From Octopus sinensis (taxonomy: Eukaryota): DNA of 64,000 bases. Numbering within the stretch: position 1 is the first letter of the stretch; every line of letters starts with the position of its first letter. This document shows, piece after piece, positions 36,825 through 50,269 of the stretch. The notes below the pieces were generated by a model that was given only the letters and a program-made list of their open reading frames with translations, was not told the origin of the DNA and made no database searches. Both the position numbers and the translations under genes were made by a program. The DNA is taken from positions 9,610,001-9,674,000 of the forward strand of contig NC_042999.1 of NCBI RefSeq assembly GCF_006345805.1, in the 5' to 3' direction.

Positions 36825-37095
36825 TGCAAGCACAGTCTCAGTCCCTCTTGTGAAAGGTAGGAGAGTCCAGTTTGCTGGACATTTTTGTAGAGCTGAAAAG
36901 GAGGTAATTTCTACTCTTCTCCTCTGGTAGCCATCTACTCGCAATACCAGAGGGCGCACACTCTCCTACCCTGATGTAATCTCCAGGGATACAGGCATCC
37001 AGCAGCAGGACCTCCGTAATGCCATGATGGACCGTGAAGTCTGGCGTAGCATGGTAAATTCCATTGTCTCGACCACGGTCGAACAATGATGATGA
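36825..37095 (+). mobile_element. RTE-clade LINE 3' fragment with (TGA)3 tail
   Basis: VKGRRVQFAGHFCRAEKEVISTLLLW*PSTRNTRGRTLSYPDVISRDTGIQQQDLRNAMMDREVWRSMV is a typical RTE C-terminus (R..FAGH...GR...Y.D.....M.DR..WR). Confidence 0.8.
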
Positions 37096-37600
37096 CAGCT
37101 TTGTGCATCTCATTTTTCTTACCACTGTCATCCATCGTTTTCCAAACGCTCTTTGCGGCAGGCTCCTCCTCTCCAGACGGATCTTGCTGGACAGATGGGC
37201 GGCGAAGTAATTCACCAGCCCACGTCCGGAGATGAATTGGCCAGTCGCAAACCCTTTCGCTCGCGTCTTCCATACCACATGTTTCAGTATGGTTACTACG
37301 CAGAGAAAAGCTACCTTCTTTTCTTTGGCTAAAGAGGAAGGTGGTACAATCTTTATCATGGACTCGGACGAGAGTCGTACTCTTACCGCATCCGACATCA
37401 GCGGTTCGGCAAAGGCCATCAACTCCCTCAACTCCTCACAGTGTACGAAGGCGTGCGTAACCGTTTCACTGACACGGCCGCACCTCGGACACGTGGGGGA
37501 AGGTGTCAGTACCATGCCTTGACAACCTTTCGCGAACCGGTAAAGCCGATCGATAGCACAACCAGGTCAAAGATTTCTGGTAGTTATCCAGAAATCTTGA
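37096..37600 (-). mobile_element. Tx1/L1-clade LINE C-terminal fragment
   Basis: ALPVRERLSRHG / TCPRCGRVSETVTHAFVHC...KIRLERRSLPQRAFGKRW is homologous to the other two Tx1 copies. Confidence 0.85.
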
Positions 37601-37803
37601 CCCGAAAGTCCTATGAGAGAAGGAGTAACTGATCCACGAGACTTGCTGCTATATATATATATATATGCTTACTGTATATATTCGATTTCTCTTCGACCGA
37701 CCAATTGCAACACGAATGAGTCTCAGTCACTGTTTTCCCAAATCAGTGGCGTCGGCTTTCTTCGTAGCATGCGGTTAGTACATGTACTCGTGAGGTGAGT
37801 ACA

Positions 37804-37842
37804 GGCTACTGACGAAGCCCAACGACACAGAAATGTACAGCC
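37804..37842 (+). ncRNA. degenerate hammerhead-like motif
   Basis: ggcta-ctgacga-agccc...gaaatgta-cagcc. The core and stem I are present, but stem II is not paired. Confidence 0.3.
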
Positions 37843-37877
37843 AGCAAATTCACCTGCTGGCTGTTATACACATATAT

Positions 37878-37929
37878 ACATACATACATACATACATACA
37901 TACATACATACATACATACATACATACAT
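37878..37929. repeat. (CATA)n microsatellite
   Basis: Direct inspection. Confidence 0.97.
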
Positions 37930-38122
37930 GAGATCTACCGATAAGGTATGATGTTGGTAGCTAGGACACTGTATAACAAAATCCGTCGGAAGGACAGCCT
38001 GCAGACAAAGAAATAAAAACGCCCAATATGGTAGAAGCCATTGCCACTCATAATAAAAAAGAGGACTGGTGGAATGTCCCAATAAAAACCTTAATGAAAT
38101 GTAGACACAACAGACCTGGTAT
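37930..38122 (+). mobile_element. R4-type REL LINE internal fragment (CATA family, copy 3)
   Basis: With frameshifts it reads LPIRYDV.ARTLYNKIRRKD...HNKKEDWWNVPIKTLMKCRHNRP, the same region as YYLPMWHNVV...KEYW*NIPIKASVKCKRNRTDIVVWD in 42200-42460 (-). Confidence 0.7.
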
Positions 38123-38347
38123 AATGCCGCTAAGCATTCCGCCCGGCCTAATAACGATTCTGCCAGTTCGCCGCCTTAATTTCCGTTGTGAATATTGAGA
38201 TTAGAATTTTTAGGAAAATAACTGGAAAGAGACGTAAGTCCAATAAAATCAATAATTGAATGGTTTCCCTCGGTCGTTAACCAGGAAGAGGTCGTTGAGC
38301 TAATCCGAATCAAAATTGCAAGATTAAATTGAGTAGTTGAGAAACTA

Positions 38348-39312
38348 CAGGGATTGGGCAAAATAATGGTAACACCTTAAAATATCAAGTAAATTTATTT
38401 TGATATGGGCTAGGACCTCCTTTGGTAGTAATTACATCTTGAATTCTACGAGGTATGGACTCGCACAAAGTTTGAATTGTTTCCAAAGGAATTTTTGTCC
38501 ATTCTTCCGCAAAAACAGTCTCCAGCTCTTGTAGTAATGATGGTGGGGATATCGACTCCTCACTTGTTTTTCGAAAATGCACCATGAATATTCAATAATA
38601 TTGAGATCTGAGGACTGTGGTGGCTAGATAAGATGTTCATGGTCGGAAATAAGGTCAAGGATGACTCGTCTGAGAAAATAACATTCTTCCACTGCTCTAG
38701 GGACCAATTCTGTAGGTTTTTACTCCACTCTAAATGCTTTGCAACGTTTGTTTTTGAAACTAGTGGTTTTCTGATTGCAGCCCTCCCATGAAATCTGGTT
38801 TTGTGTAGCTCCTGGCGAACAGTTTTTGTGGAAACTAAGTTCTCGAGGTGGTCATTAAGCTCTGCAGTAATTTTGGGAGCTGTACTGTTGTGACCCTTTC
38901 TTACAATTTGTGTAAGAGTCCGACGGTCCCTATCTAAAAGTTTTGGTTTTCTTCCCGAGTTTTGTTTCGACGAGGTGGCTTTTCCCTCTTTCTCAAAGGC
39001 TGTCATTACTTTCGAGACAGTACTTCTTGATACACCAAACATTTCGGCTGTTTTCATTACACTAACACCAGCCATACGAGCACCATCAATTTGACCTCTT
39101 TGAAAGTCCGATAGATCTGTCATTTTAATAAATTTTAATTACCTTTTTCTGATAATATCTGGAAAAAAACAGCAATTTTAGCAAAATATATTAAGCATCA
39201 CTAACAATAAATCAAAAAACATAAAAATAAACAAGCTTTTGACGGTTTTATAGATATTACAACATTATGATGCTATGATGCTAGGTATTTCCATTATTTT
39301 GTCCAGCCCCTG
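38348..39312 (-). mobile_element. Tc1 DNA transposon, internally deleted
   Basis: TA|CAGGGATTGGGCAAAATAATGG and inverse CCATTATTTTGTCCAGCCCCTG|TA. The transposase has a paired-like HTH, GRKPKL, IFSDES and WPPQS.DLN.IE...W, but the segment between the first D and the WP motif is missing. Confidence 0.95.
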
Positions 39313-39364
39313 TAATCTAAGACCGAATTCTAGGAGAGGCTCTTGTAGAACAACAAACGTTCTG

Positions 39365-39487
39365 AATTTGTTAGAATAAGACCCCCAGGACTTATTCTAG
39401 CGGTACTTTCGCCGAACCGCTAAGTTATGGGGACGTAAACACATCAACATCGGTTGTTAAGCGATGGTGGGGGATAAACACACACAA

Positions 39488-39490
<3 letters not shown>
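39365..39490 (-). mobile_element. SINE family A 3' fragment
   Basis: ggacttattc...gccgaaccgctaagttatggggacgtaaacac. Confidence 0.8.
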
Positions 39491-39544
<54 letters not shown>

Positions 39545-39843
39545 TAAAATGGGATAAAATCTTTATAAGAATTTATCAAGTAGTCAGCGTGAAAAAACCT
39601 CATAAGGGAAAAATTGTAAATATTCCCTTTAAATATATTATTTATATTAAGGGCATTACTACACATAAATGCCTCACGCTATGAGGGACTCTTAAAGTCA
39701 AAATTACCATAAATACAGTGTACCGAACGCGATGGAATGCAACTCTAGAAGTGAGCTCCTTAAATACAGATTCAGCCGCATATCATATGATTTCATAATT
39801 AGTGCACAAAATGCACTTTTTAATCGTCAGTGCAGGCATGTGT

Positions 39844-39906
<63 letters not shown>

Positions 39907-40236
39907 AATGTTGAAAAGTAACGCACGAGTTGATATGTATAAGGAAAATAGGACAAGGTGGAAAATGCTAAAATAATTCTTCAGATCTGCTACTACCGAC
40001 CTACCTAGCCTTCACAAAAGTAAAAGAGAGAGAGAGACAGAAAAAAGGAAAATGCCCCATGTATATGAAAACTATGGAAATATTTTTAAAAAACATTTCA
40101 TTTAATTTTTCCACAATTTAATTGTTTTTCATGCTTTACTCTAAAGTTGAAAAATTCGCAAAGACTGAAACCGGTACAAAAATGTTCTTCAGGATAAAAT
40201 TATTTTAGCATTTTCTACCTTGTCCTATTTTCCTTA

Positions 40237-40270
<34 letters not shown>

Positions 40271-40274
40271 TGTG

Positions 40275-40445
40275 TACGATGGGCTTCTTTCATTTTCCGT
40301 CTTACCAAATCCACTCACAAGGATTTTGGTCATCCCGAGGCTACATTAGAAGACACTTGCCCAAGATGCCATACAGTGGGATTGAACAGGGAACTCTGTG
40401 GTTGGGAAGCAAGCTTCTTACCGACACAGCCACGCTTGCTTGCGC
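40275..40445 (-). mobile_element. SINE family A head
   Basis: ccaaatccactcacaagg...gacacttgcccaagatgcc...gggaagcaagcttcttacc. Confidence 0.85.
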
Positions 40446-40754
40446 CTATGTGACTAAAATAAAATATCTTCTCTTCATTTCTTTTTGTTGGTGGTGATGA
40501 TGGATCTATTTTTTACTAATGCTGTTCCTCGTATTTGTATGTTTTTGATTTCTCTATCATCTTCGATATTTGTAGCGACCCTCGTAGATATTTCGCTGTT
40601 ATATTAACGAGGCCGAAGAGACTTGGTCGAGGTTTCAAGCGCTGCTTTATTACCTCTTTGTTACTCTATTTCACTTATCGTCTGCCGCTCGCAAACTAAG
40701 CGATATTAATTTAACGGGGAAGGAACGAGCAAGAGGTTTTCAATTCATAGTATA

Positions 40755-41040
40755 TGATAGTGTGTGTGTGTGTGTTTGTGTACGTGTGCGTGTGTGCGTG
40801 TGTTTATGTATGCATGCATGTTTGTATACGTATGTATGTGTATATGTGCATATATATGTATGTTGGCATATATGTATAAATATATATATAAATATATATA
40901 TACATGGCTCTGTGCGTGTGTGCGTTTGTGAGGTTGTTTGTGTGTGTATGTGTGCGTGTGTGGATGATATACTTGTTATATACACATATATACAACCACT
41001 CACACAGACGCAATATAAAAAGCAGACAGACGGAAAGATT

Positions 41041-41139
<99 letters not shown>

Positions 41140-41142
41140 CGG

Positions 41143-41175
<33 letters not shown>

Positions 41176-41294
41176 GGATAGATAAACAGACAGACAGACG
41201 GATAGATAGATAGACATACGGATAGATAGATAGATAGATAGATGGGTAGATAGATAGATAGATAGATAGATAGACAGACAGACGGATAGATAGA

Positions 41295-41327
<33 letters not shown>

Positions 41328-41328
41328 G

Positions 41329-41398
<70 letters not shown>

Positions 41399-41405
41399 CG
41401 GACAG
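40755..41405. repeat. (TG/TA)n followed by a ~370-bp (GATA/GACA)n array
   Basis: Direct inspection. Confidence 0.97.
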
Positions 41406-41654
41406 ACACCGAGAGAACAAGATGACGGAATATTTATATTTTTGACGAATCAAAAAAAAATGGTGGATGCAAGGATCAATGAAGAATATGTTTGTATCGA
41501 ATTCTTGGTGGGCGGTTGAGTAAACGACTTGCGGCATTTTATAAACTAATTTACTTTGATTAAATAAATGATAATTAGATACTGACGCCAATTAAATCGT
41601 CCAAGACCGACTAATAATCTATAGAATGGTTTATAAATGTGTATGCCTGTGAGT

Positions 41655-41700
41655 TTGTATGTATGTATGTATGTATGTATGTATGTATGTATGTACGTAC

Positions 41701-41731
<31 letters not shown>

Positions 41732-41762
41732 TGTATGTATGTATGTATGTATGTATGTATGT
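41655..41762. repeat. (TATG)n microsatellite
   Basis: Direct inspection. Confidence 0.97.
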
Positions 41763-43985
41763 CTCTTTTATTTTTTAATTATTACAAATCTTCCACTCAG
41801 GAGGGAGCCTGTTTCCAACAAAGACACAAGGCTCCATCTTTTGGATGTAGTTAACACGGACAAATTTGCATTTGGAACTTGAGAAAATTCTTGCACATTT
41901 TTACTGTTCCACTCACAGATTGCACTCGTAATGTACGAATTAGTCGGTCGATTTCTCTTTCTGAAAGTCCCAGTTTATCCAGATTCTCCTTTAAGCATTT
42001 ACTAAGAAAACCTAGTACTCCAATTATTATTGGTATGAATATGAGTTCATAGTCTGAATATCGAAGCTGGAGGTTTCGAAGCAGTTATCCATAGTTATCC
42101 TCTTTTTCTTTGACTTTCAAAGAACTTTCAAAGAAATATTTATATCTGCAGGGCAGCTGACCTCTATGATGGTACATACCTCTTTCTCTCTGTCTCTTTG
42201 TCCCTCTGACCTTTATGATGGTACATAGCTTTGCCCTTCTGTCCCAAACAACAATATCCGTCCTGTTACGTTTACATTTGACAGAAGCTTTGATGGGAAT
42301 ATTCTACCAGTATTCCTTGAGTTGGTGTTTGTGAAGGTATTCTATAACAGAGGGATTTTCTAAGTTTATTTTAGAAAAGTCTTTTTTGCGGATAGCATTT
42401 TAAATTGTTTTAATGACAACATTGTGCCACATAGGGAGGTAGTACCGTGACGACGTTTTAGGACAGGTGTTAATCACATGCGTGATGTCTTCCACAGGAG
42501 CATGACATACAATCGCGCCTTGGGATTACAAGAGCGTCACTGTCTCTCTTGTTCACCAGGTACTTTGTGGCAATCTCCTGTTCCTGAATTGCAAACGTAT
42601 AACCTTCGAAATATGATGTGATGTAGTGGTCTTGTGTCCAAGAGAGACTGTGCTTGTGTCAATTCTATTGTCTTCTTCAAGCTTCCGGGCAACAAACCCA
42701 TGCATAATCGTTGTTTGTTTTGTTTTTTTTGGGTGGGGGAGGGGGGTTGTATGCTGAGTGATTTCCATCCAGTTCTTCTCAGAGGTAAGAGAGCCCAGCT
42801 GTTTTGGGGTTGTATAGGAGATTATCAGGAAGAAAGTGCTTCCTGGAAAGTTCACTGCCAACTCCTACAATGTTGCTCACTTCACTTTTCAGGACTGCAT
42901 TTATATATTTATTTTTGCTGCTGTTGTTTAGCAGGTGCTGCTTGAGTGATACCATACGACATTCGAAGGCCGTCTGCACTGATCCCAGGCCTCTACCACC
43001 TTCATTTCTTCTTAGGTAGAGCCTGTTAACCCACTGCTTCTATGGAAGTTCCCAGTTGTTATAAGGATTTTGCGGGTTTTGATATCTATGGAGTCGATTT
43101 CCTCTACAGACCAATCAAGTATCCCAAATGTTGGGATCAGAACTGTTACTGCAAATGCATTGTGAGATATTGTTTTGTTGTAAGAAGAGAGTCCCGACTG
43201 CCATATTCTCCCAAGTCTGGTGTAATATTCTCGGGTCACTCTATTTTTATTCCCAGTACCCTCATATAATATATATTCATCTATGCCAAGGTACTTGTAA
43301 CATTCTTTGTGTGGAATGGGGGAGGTAGAGAGACCGTTGATGCACAGGTTTGGGGTTTGGGGGACTGACTTTTCTCGTTCTATAACCAAATATGAACATT
43401 TCTTTTGGCCAAATTCCATGCCTATATCAGCTGAAAATGTTGTTATTAATTCCGGTTGTTTTTGTTTTGTTTTTTTGTTTTTTGGCATTGTTTAGACTTT
43501 TAGCATAAAATTATGAGTTACATAAGAAATTATGAGCTACATTGATATTTCTGGCAGTTGAAGATCCTAGCATGTAACCATTAGTTTTCTGCAGTAGGAA
43601 CGATGATGGATTCAGTACCAAAATGAAAAGAAGTACTGAAAGACTATCTCCCTGGAATATTACTTTCGTAATGTCTATACTATAAGAAACAATTATTCTA
43701 TTCTCAGTTGTAAGGGTAAGAAGAGTTTTCCACCTCTTTGTGAGTCTCTCTATGGCAGCAATTATGGTGGTGGGTACTTTGCCGGGTGCAGGCACTTCAA
43801 CAGCAATGACTGAGGAATAGAGTCGAATGTCTTCTTATCGTCAAACCATACTGTCACAAGGTTTCTGCGTTGTTTTCTTCCGACAGCTTTGTTTAGTAGG
43901 AGCTGTTCGGCACATCCCCGCACTCCCCTTCTTTCCACCAGTCATAGTGTTGTTCGGCTCACAATACTCGTGGAGGAATTGGTTG
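41763..43985 (-). mobile_element. R4-clade REL-endonuclease LINE, 5'-truncated and decayed (CATA family, copy 2)
   Basis: The minus strand gives, in order, GCAEQLLLNKA..NLVTVWFDDKKTFDSIP, IFQGDSLSVLLF, MEFGQKKC, YKYLGIDE, DWSVEEIDSIDIKTRK, a CCHC-like segment (EDITHVISTCPK), REL (NRTDIVVWD...IEVSCPAD) and IPIIIGVLG...VSGTVKMCKNFLKF. Confidence 0.85.
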
Positions 43986-44040
43986 ATGTATGTATGCGTA
44001 TGTATGTATATATGTATGTAAGTATGTGTATGTGTGTATA

Positions 44041-44072
<32 letters not shown>

Positions 44073-44107
44073 GTTATCGTGTATGCATATATACATATGT
44101 ATGCATA

Positions 44108-44328
44108 CTCTCTTTTACTCTTTTACTTGTTTCAGTCATTTGACTGCGGCCATGCTGGAGCACCGCCTTTAATCGAGCAACTCGACCCCGGGACTTATTC
44201 TTTTGTAAGCCCAGTACTTATTATATCGGTCTCTTTTGCCGAACTGCTAAGTAACGGGGACATAAACACACCAGCATCGGTTGTCAAGCAATGCTAGGGG
44301 GACAAACACACTCACACAAACACACACA

Positions 44329-44399
<71 letters not shown>

Positions 44400-44577
44400 C
44401 ATATATACATATATACGGCGGGCTTCTTTCAGTTTCCGTCTACCAAATCCACTCACAAGGCTTTGGTCGGCCCGAGGCTATAGTAGAAGACACTTGCCCA
44501 AGGTGCCACGCAGTGGGACTGAACCCGGAACCATGTGGTTGGTTAGCAAGCTACTTACCACACAGCCACTCCTGCGC
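44108..44577 (-). mobile_element. SINE family A, full length, with expanded internal (TA)n
   Basis: Reverse complement of the A consensus. Confidence 0.95.
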
Positions 44578-46249
44578 ATGTATTCAATGTATGTTACGTA
44601 CGTAAGTAATGTAACATACATATTTACGCATGCATGTGTGTATGTATGTACGCATGTATTTGTAGGTTCGTGTGATTACTTGTTTGTATGTATGTGTATA
44701 TGTATGTACGCGTGTATGTGTACGAGTATATATGTAGGTATGTTTATATATTTGTATGTAATGTAAATATGTATATTTATATATATGTGTGTGTGTGTAT
44801 TTATGTATGTATACATATACATATGTAATTTGTGCGTCAGCAAACGCAAAACAGAAAATGCAGAAACGTTTGAACCTAAAGATTTTCGTTCTTTAAACGT
44901 TTTACTTCCCAATCAAAGTAAATCGAAGCACTAATTCTGTCTGTCTGTCGTCCATCGTAAACGCAGAGTTGTTTAATTAATTCAGTTTCCCTGCCTACAG
45001 CCGACATAATTTCCGACTAACTACACATGATGTCGTTCCCCTCTGCGTCCAGGTCGTCTCCTAAGAAATTAAATCAAAACATGTTTTCACTTGATCTTGG
45101 ACACTCTACATGTTAGCTGTCTTTCATTTATTTCATTCCACTTCATCCTCTTCATTCTCTTTCTCTTCTTCTACAACTTTTATTTCTTTTTCTCTCTTTC
45201 TTCCCTTTCTGTTTTATTTATCTTCTTTTCTTTTTCATCTTCATCTCACTTCTTTTCTTCCTCTATTTTACCTATTTCAAGCAACATGCGATAATGCTGC
45301 CGTTTGTTCAAGCATAAATCTGTTCTTTCATGTTGTGCAATAAAGGAAATTCAACTTGATGGACAGCAATTTTCCAGACGCAACTGGCTAAATTTGACCT
45401 TGTGATCATCAAATTAATGTATTTTTGGATTGGCAGAAACCAGAAACGATAACATATGTTCGTGTTTGCCTCGCAAACATTTACTCTATAATAGAAGAGG
45501 CAAACATGAGCCGAGATGGCTGTAGCCGTGAAGTTAGAGCCCGTTTTGCAATCACATGATCTAGGTTCAATCTTTGTTGAGTATCATTATGAGCAAATGC
45601 AATGCGCGGTCAAAAACTTCCCACACATTGGAGATTGATGCATATTTCAATAGGAAAATCTTGTGGGGCAGGCCATCATTTCAAATCATGGCGGCAACCA
45701 AACCATAAACTGACTTTGCAATTCTAACAACGCCGTTTTCAAGAAATATTTTTAATTATGTCCTGTTTGCCGAAAATATACTTCCAGCCTCCTGTTGCCG
45801 TATAATTATTCAATAATATTAATAGTAATAGTATCTGAGGGCCCGACTCGTGTTAGAGTCTAAGCTAAATGTACTCAATAAGATCAAAGCGATTGACACG
45901 TGGGCCGTCTTTTTGATGAGGAATAAGGCAAAGAGTAATGTTTAGCAATGAGGATGGAGGACAAGAGATCGATCGGAGAACGCGTAAACTAATGACGAGG
46001 AACGGGGAACTGAATCCTAAGAGTTGTGTAAAGAGGGGAAAGGGTGAAGGGGAGGGGTGAGCTGAGAGCGTTGAGTAAGAGAAGAACAGAACAGCTTTGC
46101 GAGTTATTTGAAGGGGAAAGAAGAAGAAACGTTTGAAGCAGCGGAAATGCGGGGAAGCTTCAAAGTGAATGATGCAACAGAGCCCCAAATGTAGAAAAGA
46201 AGAGTAGGGAAAGAAAAACAGGAGAAAACTTGGCATGACGAGAAAATGG

Positions 46250-46495
<246 letters not shown>

Positions 46496-46984
46496 GTAGG
46501 TAACCGCTAAAGTGAATTTAATTTTCATTTACTTTACATTAAACACTAGTTTCTTCAATTGCTGGGCAGGAAAAATTGGTGAAGCAATCCCGTCTGTCTG
46601 CCAACCTAGGAAAAAGTAAAGAAAGTGGCCATCGAGTGATTCGTCCACACCATTAACGGAGTAAGCTTTCTAAATTAGAAACTGTGAAATAACCGATAGC
46701 TGTTGGTCGGCCATTATTAACAGGCCACGAAATAAAATACTTTTAATAAATTCGACAACACTTGAGATGTTAGCTTGATATTAACAAGAAGACCTTCACG
46801 AACTCTAATGTCTCTGGTGAAGATACACACATTCATTTTATTGAATAGATCCAACGTGATGAAGTGAAATTAAGTATATTTATTCAAACATCTGTTCTAT
46901 TTCATTTCTCACCCAATAAATCTACACACTTTGAAGACCTCGTTCCTTCACTAAGAATTCATTAATATTTGAGACATCTCAAGG

Positions 46985-47165
46985 CGACGAACGGTCAGAA
47001 TTGTTAAGACGCCGGAGAAAATGCTTAGCGGCTTTTCGTCCGTTTTTACGTTCTGAGTTCAAATTCCACTTAGGTTGAATTTGTCTTTCAACTTTTCGGG
47101 GTCGATAAAACAAGTTCCAGTTGAGCACTGGGGTCGATGTAATTGATTTATCCCTTCCGCCGAAA
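46985..47165 (-). mobile_element. SINE family B-like copy
   Basis: Contains ttacgttctgagttcaaattcc...cggggtcgataaaacaagttccagttgagcactggggtcgatgtaattgat. Orientation is judged with less certainty than identity. Confidence 0.6.
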
Positions 47166-47484
47166 TTGTAGGGGGAAGGTGTGTCAAAATTTAAACTCGC
47201 CGTTTTAGACATATCCGTGTAGTTACAGGAGCGAGGCATAGAAATAGAAAGGGAGCCAAGCTTCGATGAAAATCGTTTACGTATGTATACGCTAGAAATT
47301 AGTTTATATTAATTGAGTTCTGATTTTCCTCATTACATTGATGAAGTGAATTATATTATGTATTCGTTACTTCATCTTGGCAAAAGATTAAGCGGCCTAA
47401 CTAATCTGTTACCCACCAACCGGAAAGAAAGGGAACGAAAGGGGAAAATGAATATCGCAATACATGTAGGCACAAATATTTATG

Positions 47485-47555
47485 TATCTGGTTCTACGGC
47501 AACTTTTACATACCACACTAAGCTGTTTTCCCCTTCTTCATCACAATCTGGTGTT
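47485..47555 (-). mobile_element. short fragment of the Dong-like LINE
   Basis: ggttctacggcaacttttacataccacactaagctgttttccccttcttcatc is nearly identical to the reverse complement of 56180-56240. Confidence 0.75.
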
Positions 47556-47650
47556 CGCTGAATTTTCTCTGGAGAACATTTTTCTTTGTAGTTAGATCGT
47601 ATGTGATCTTCTTCTAGCGTACGGTTATACACCTAGTGGTTTATCCCTAA

Positions 47651-47716
<66 letters not shown>

Positions 47717-47718
<2 letters not shown>

Positions 47719-47908
47719 TAATCCAAACAAGAAAACACAAAAAAACACAACAACGCGAGGACGTGGAACAAATATAGTATTATTGGACGCTCAGGAAAGA
47801 AGGAGGGTTTAACGTTTCGAGCGGAGCTCTTCGTTGGAAACATAGGAGAAGGAAAGATCCAGAGATGGGAAGACAGAGGAAAAAATCGCCAACGGTACAC
47901 ACGAGGTC
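47717..47908 (-). mobile_element. short Penelope/retrozyme-like element in (TA)n/(CA)n carrying a hammerhead-like motif
   Basis: Minus strand 47841-47807 reads gttt-ccaacga-a-gagc(tcc)gctc-gaaacgt-t-aaac. Confidence 0.5.
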
Positions 47909-47943
47909 ACACACACACACACACACACACACCACACACACAC

Positions 47944-48000
<57 letters not shown>

Positions 48001-48944
48001 GTTATTTTATAACACAAATTTCAAAAGCTGAAAGCAGGTAAAGCGCTTACACAATAATTTTAATTTCCTTCGATCAGATCTGTGTTAATCTTTATTTGTT
48101 ATTTTGATTTTTAAATATAATTAGTAATTTTGAATTTAACAAAGCCATTTCTTTTTCCAAATGATACATACACCATTCGATACATGGCTCAAAAACTCGA
48201 TTTCTTTTTCATTTATGTATCTCATTACATTAAGTTTTACAATTGCGTAAGCCCACAAATTATGGTTGATGGCATAATAATATCGAACCTGCATTTGCCT
48301 GGAATTTATTATATTACCGACCAAAAACCAGAAATGCGATGTTGATCCCGCAGAGAATTACAACTAAAAGTTTCTGGACGAAACTAAAAACCGCTCGTCA
48401 TATTGTCTGGCACGGTTCCAATCCTCATATTCTCCACTCTTTCTTTTACATATTATATTCTATCATAACATAATATAGTTTATTAAATTTTATTACGCTA
48501 TCGACCGGAAATGCACGAACCATCTTCATATAAGCCATATAAAACCACACATGCACACATTTCTGTTTTCTGCTATTTACTGCAGCAATTTTTATCGAAT
48601 TAAGTAACGCACTTAACATTTTGGTTGTTTTTTACGGTTTTATTTCTGCTCGTATGATATAAATAAAAACATTTGTTATGTGATTTAGGAACAAATAATG
48701 AGAATATGTTTAGGTTTTTTTAACACATTGCTTCACGCTGTATTAGCTGCTAAGTACATCACGATACATATGTAGTTTGTTTCTTGCACATAGGTAATTA
48801 ATCATGCATTCTCTCTCTCTCTGTCTCTCTCTTTCTCTCTCTCTCTCTCTATCTCTCTCTCTCCACCATTTTATCTACAGGCTAAAAGAGATGTTGTGTG
48901 TACGTTTTTATTACATTTTCGACTTTTTCGATGCGAAGACTGAT

Positions 48945-49197
<253 letters not shown>

Positions 49198-49424
49198 AAA
49201 GGAAAGAAGAAAATGCAGTCGGTATTAATATTTTGTGTAATGTATCCGTCTTCAATGAGATTGGCAGACATACTTACGAAGGCATAAAACCCAGTTAGGT
49301 AAACAAATGCCGCCGATCCATTTTTCGGTGGGGGTCAGCGGCATTCGCTCCCATAACTGGGTTTTATGCTCACGTAACTGATGTCTGCCAGTCTCCTGAA
49401 ACACATGTTCATTAGATAATGTAT

Positions 49425-49860
49425 TAATATCGGCTTCAAATTTTGACACAAGGCCAGCAATTTCGGAGGGGTGGATCAAATCGATTACATCGATCCCAGT
49501 GCTTAACTGGTACTTTTTTGATCGACCCCGGGGAGATATGAAGCCAAGATCGACATCGGCGGATTTTGAGATCAAAATGTAAAATTGGGCAAAATGCGTT
49601 AAGCATTTAATTCAGCATGCTAATGGTTCTTATTTCTTTACTACCCACAAGGGGCTAAACACAGAGGGGACAAACAAGGACATACAAAGGGATTAAGTCG
49701 ATTACATCGACCCCAGTGCGTAACTGGTACTTAATTTATCGACCCCCGAAAGGATGAAAGGCAAAGTCGACCTCGGCGGAATTTGAACTCAGAACGTAAA
49801 GACAGACGAAAAGCCGCTAAGCATTTTGCCCGGCGTGCTAACGTTTCTGCCAGCTCGCCT
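49425..49860 (-). mobile_element. SINE family B dimer
   Basis: In plus-strand order: tail 2, core, half-head, Tx1 tail (49625-49675), core, head. Confidence 0.9.
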
Positions 49861-50269
49861 TCTCGCGTAAAGCAGTAATATCTCGACAACGCTTTCTGTG
49901 TTTCTTTTCAATATAAGGCCTGCCAACTCAGCATTCTCCAGTTCTGAAGACTGCGTAAATACGTCGAAAACTGTACTGATTCACAGTGTCCATAACCTAT
50001 AGTAACGTATTTTGCTTTTTGACGAATCTATTGAACTGTACCTTATATATGTGCGGTGGGGTGCGTGTTTGTGTGTGTATTCATATTCATATGTATGTAT
50101 GCATACATACACACACGCGTGCACACAAATACATACATACGTATCCAACTCCGCCATTCGCTATGGATGGATCCTCACTTATCAAGGAGCATCAAATCCT
50201 AAAGATGAGAGCATTTCAACCAGCATCTGAAACACTCACCCACTTTCGACCAGTCGACTCTAATCCGAT

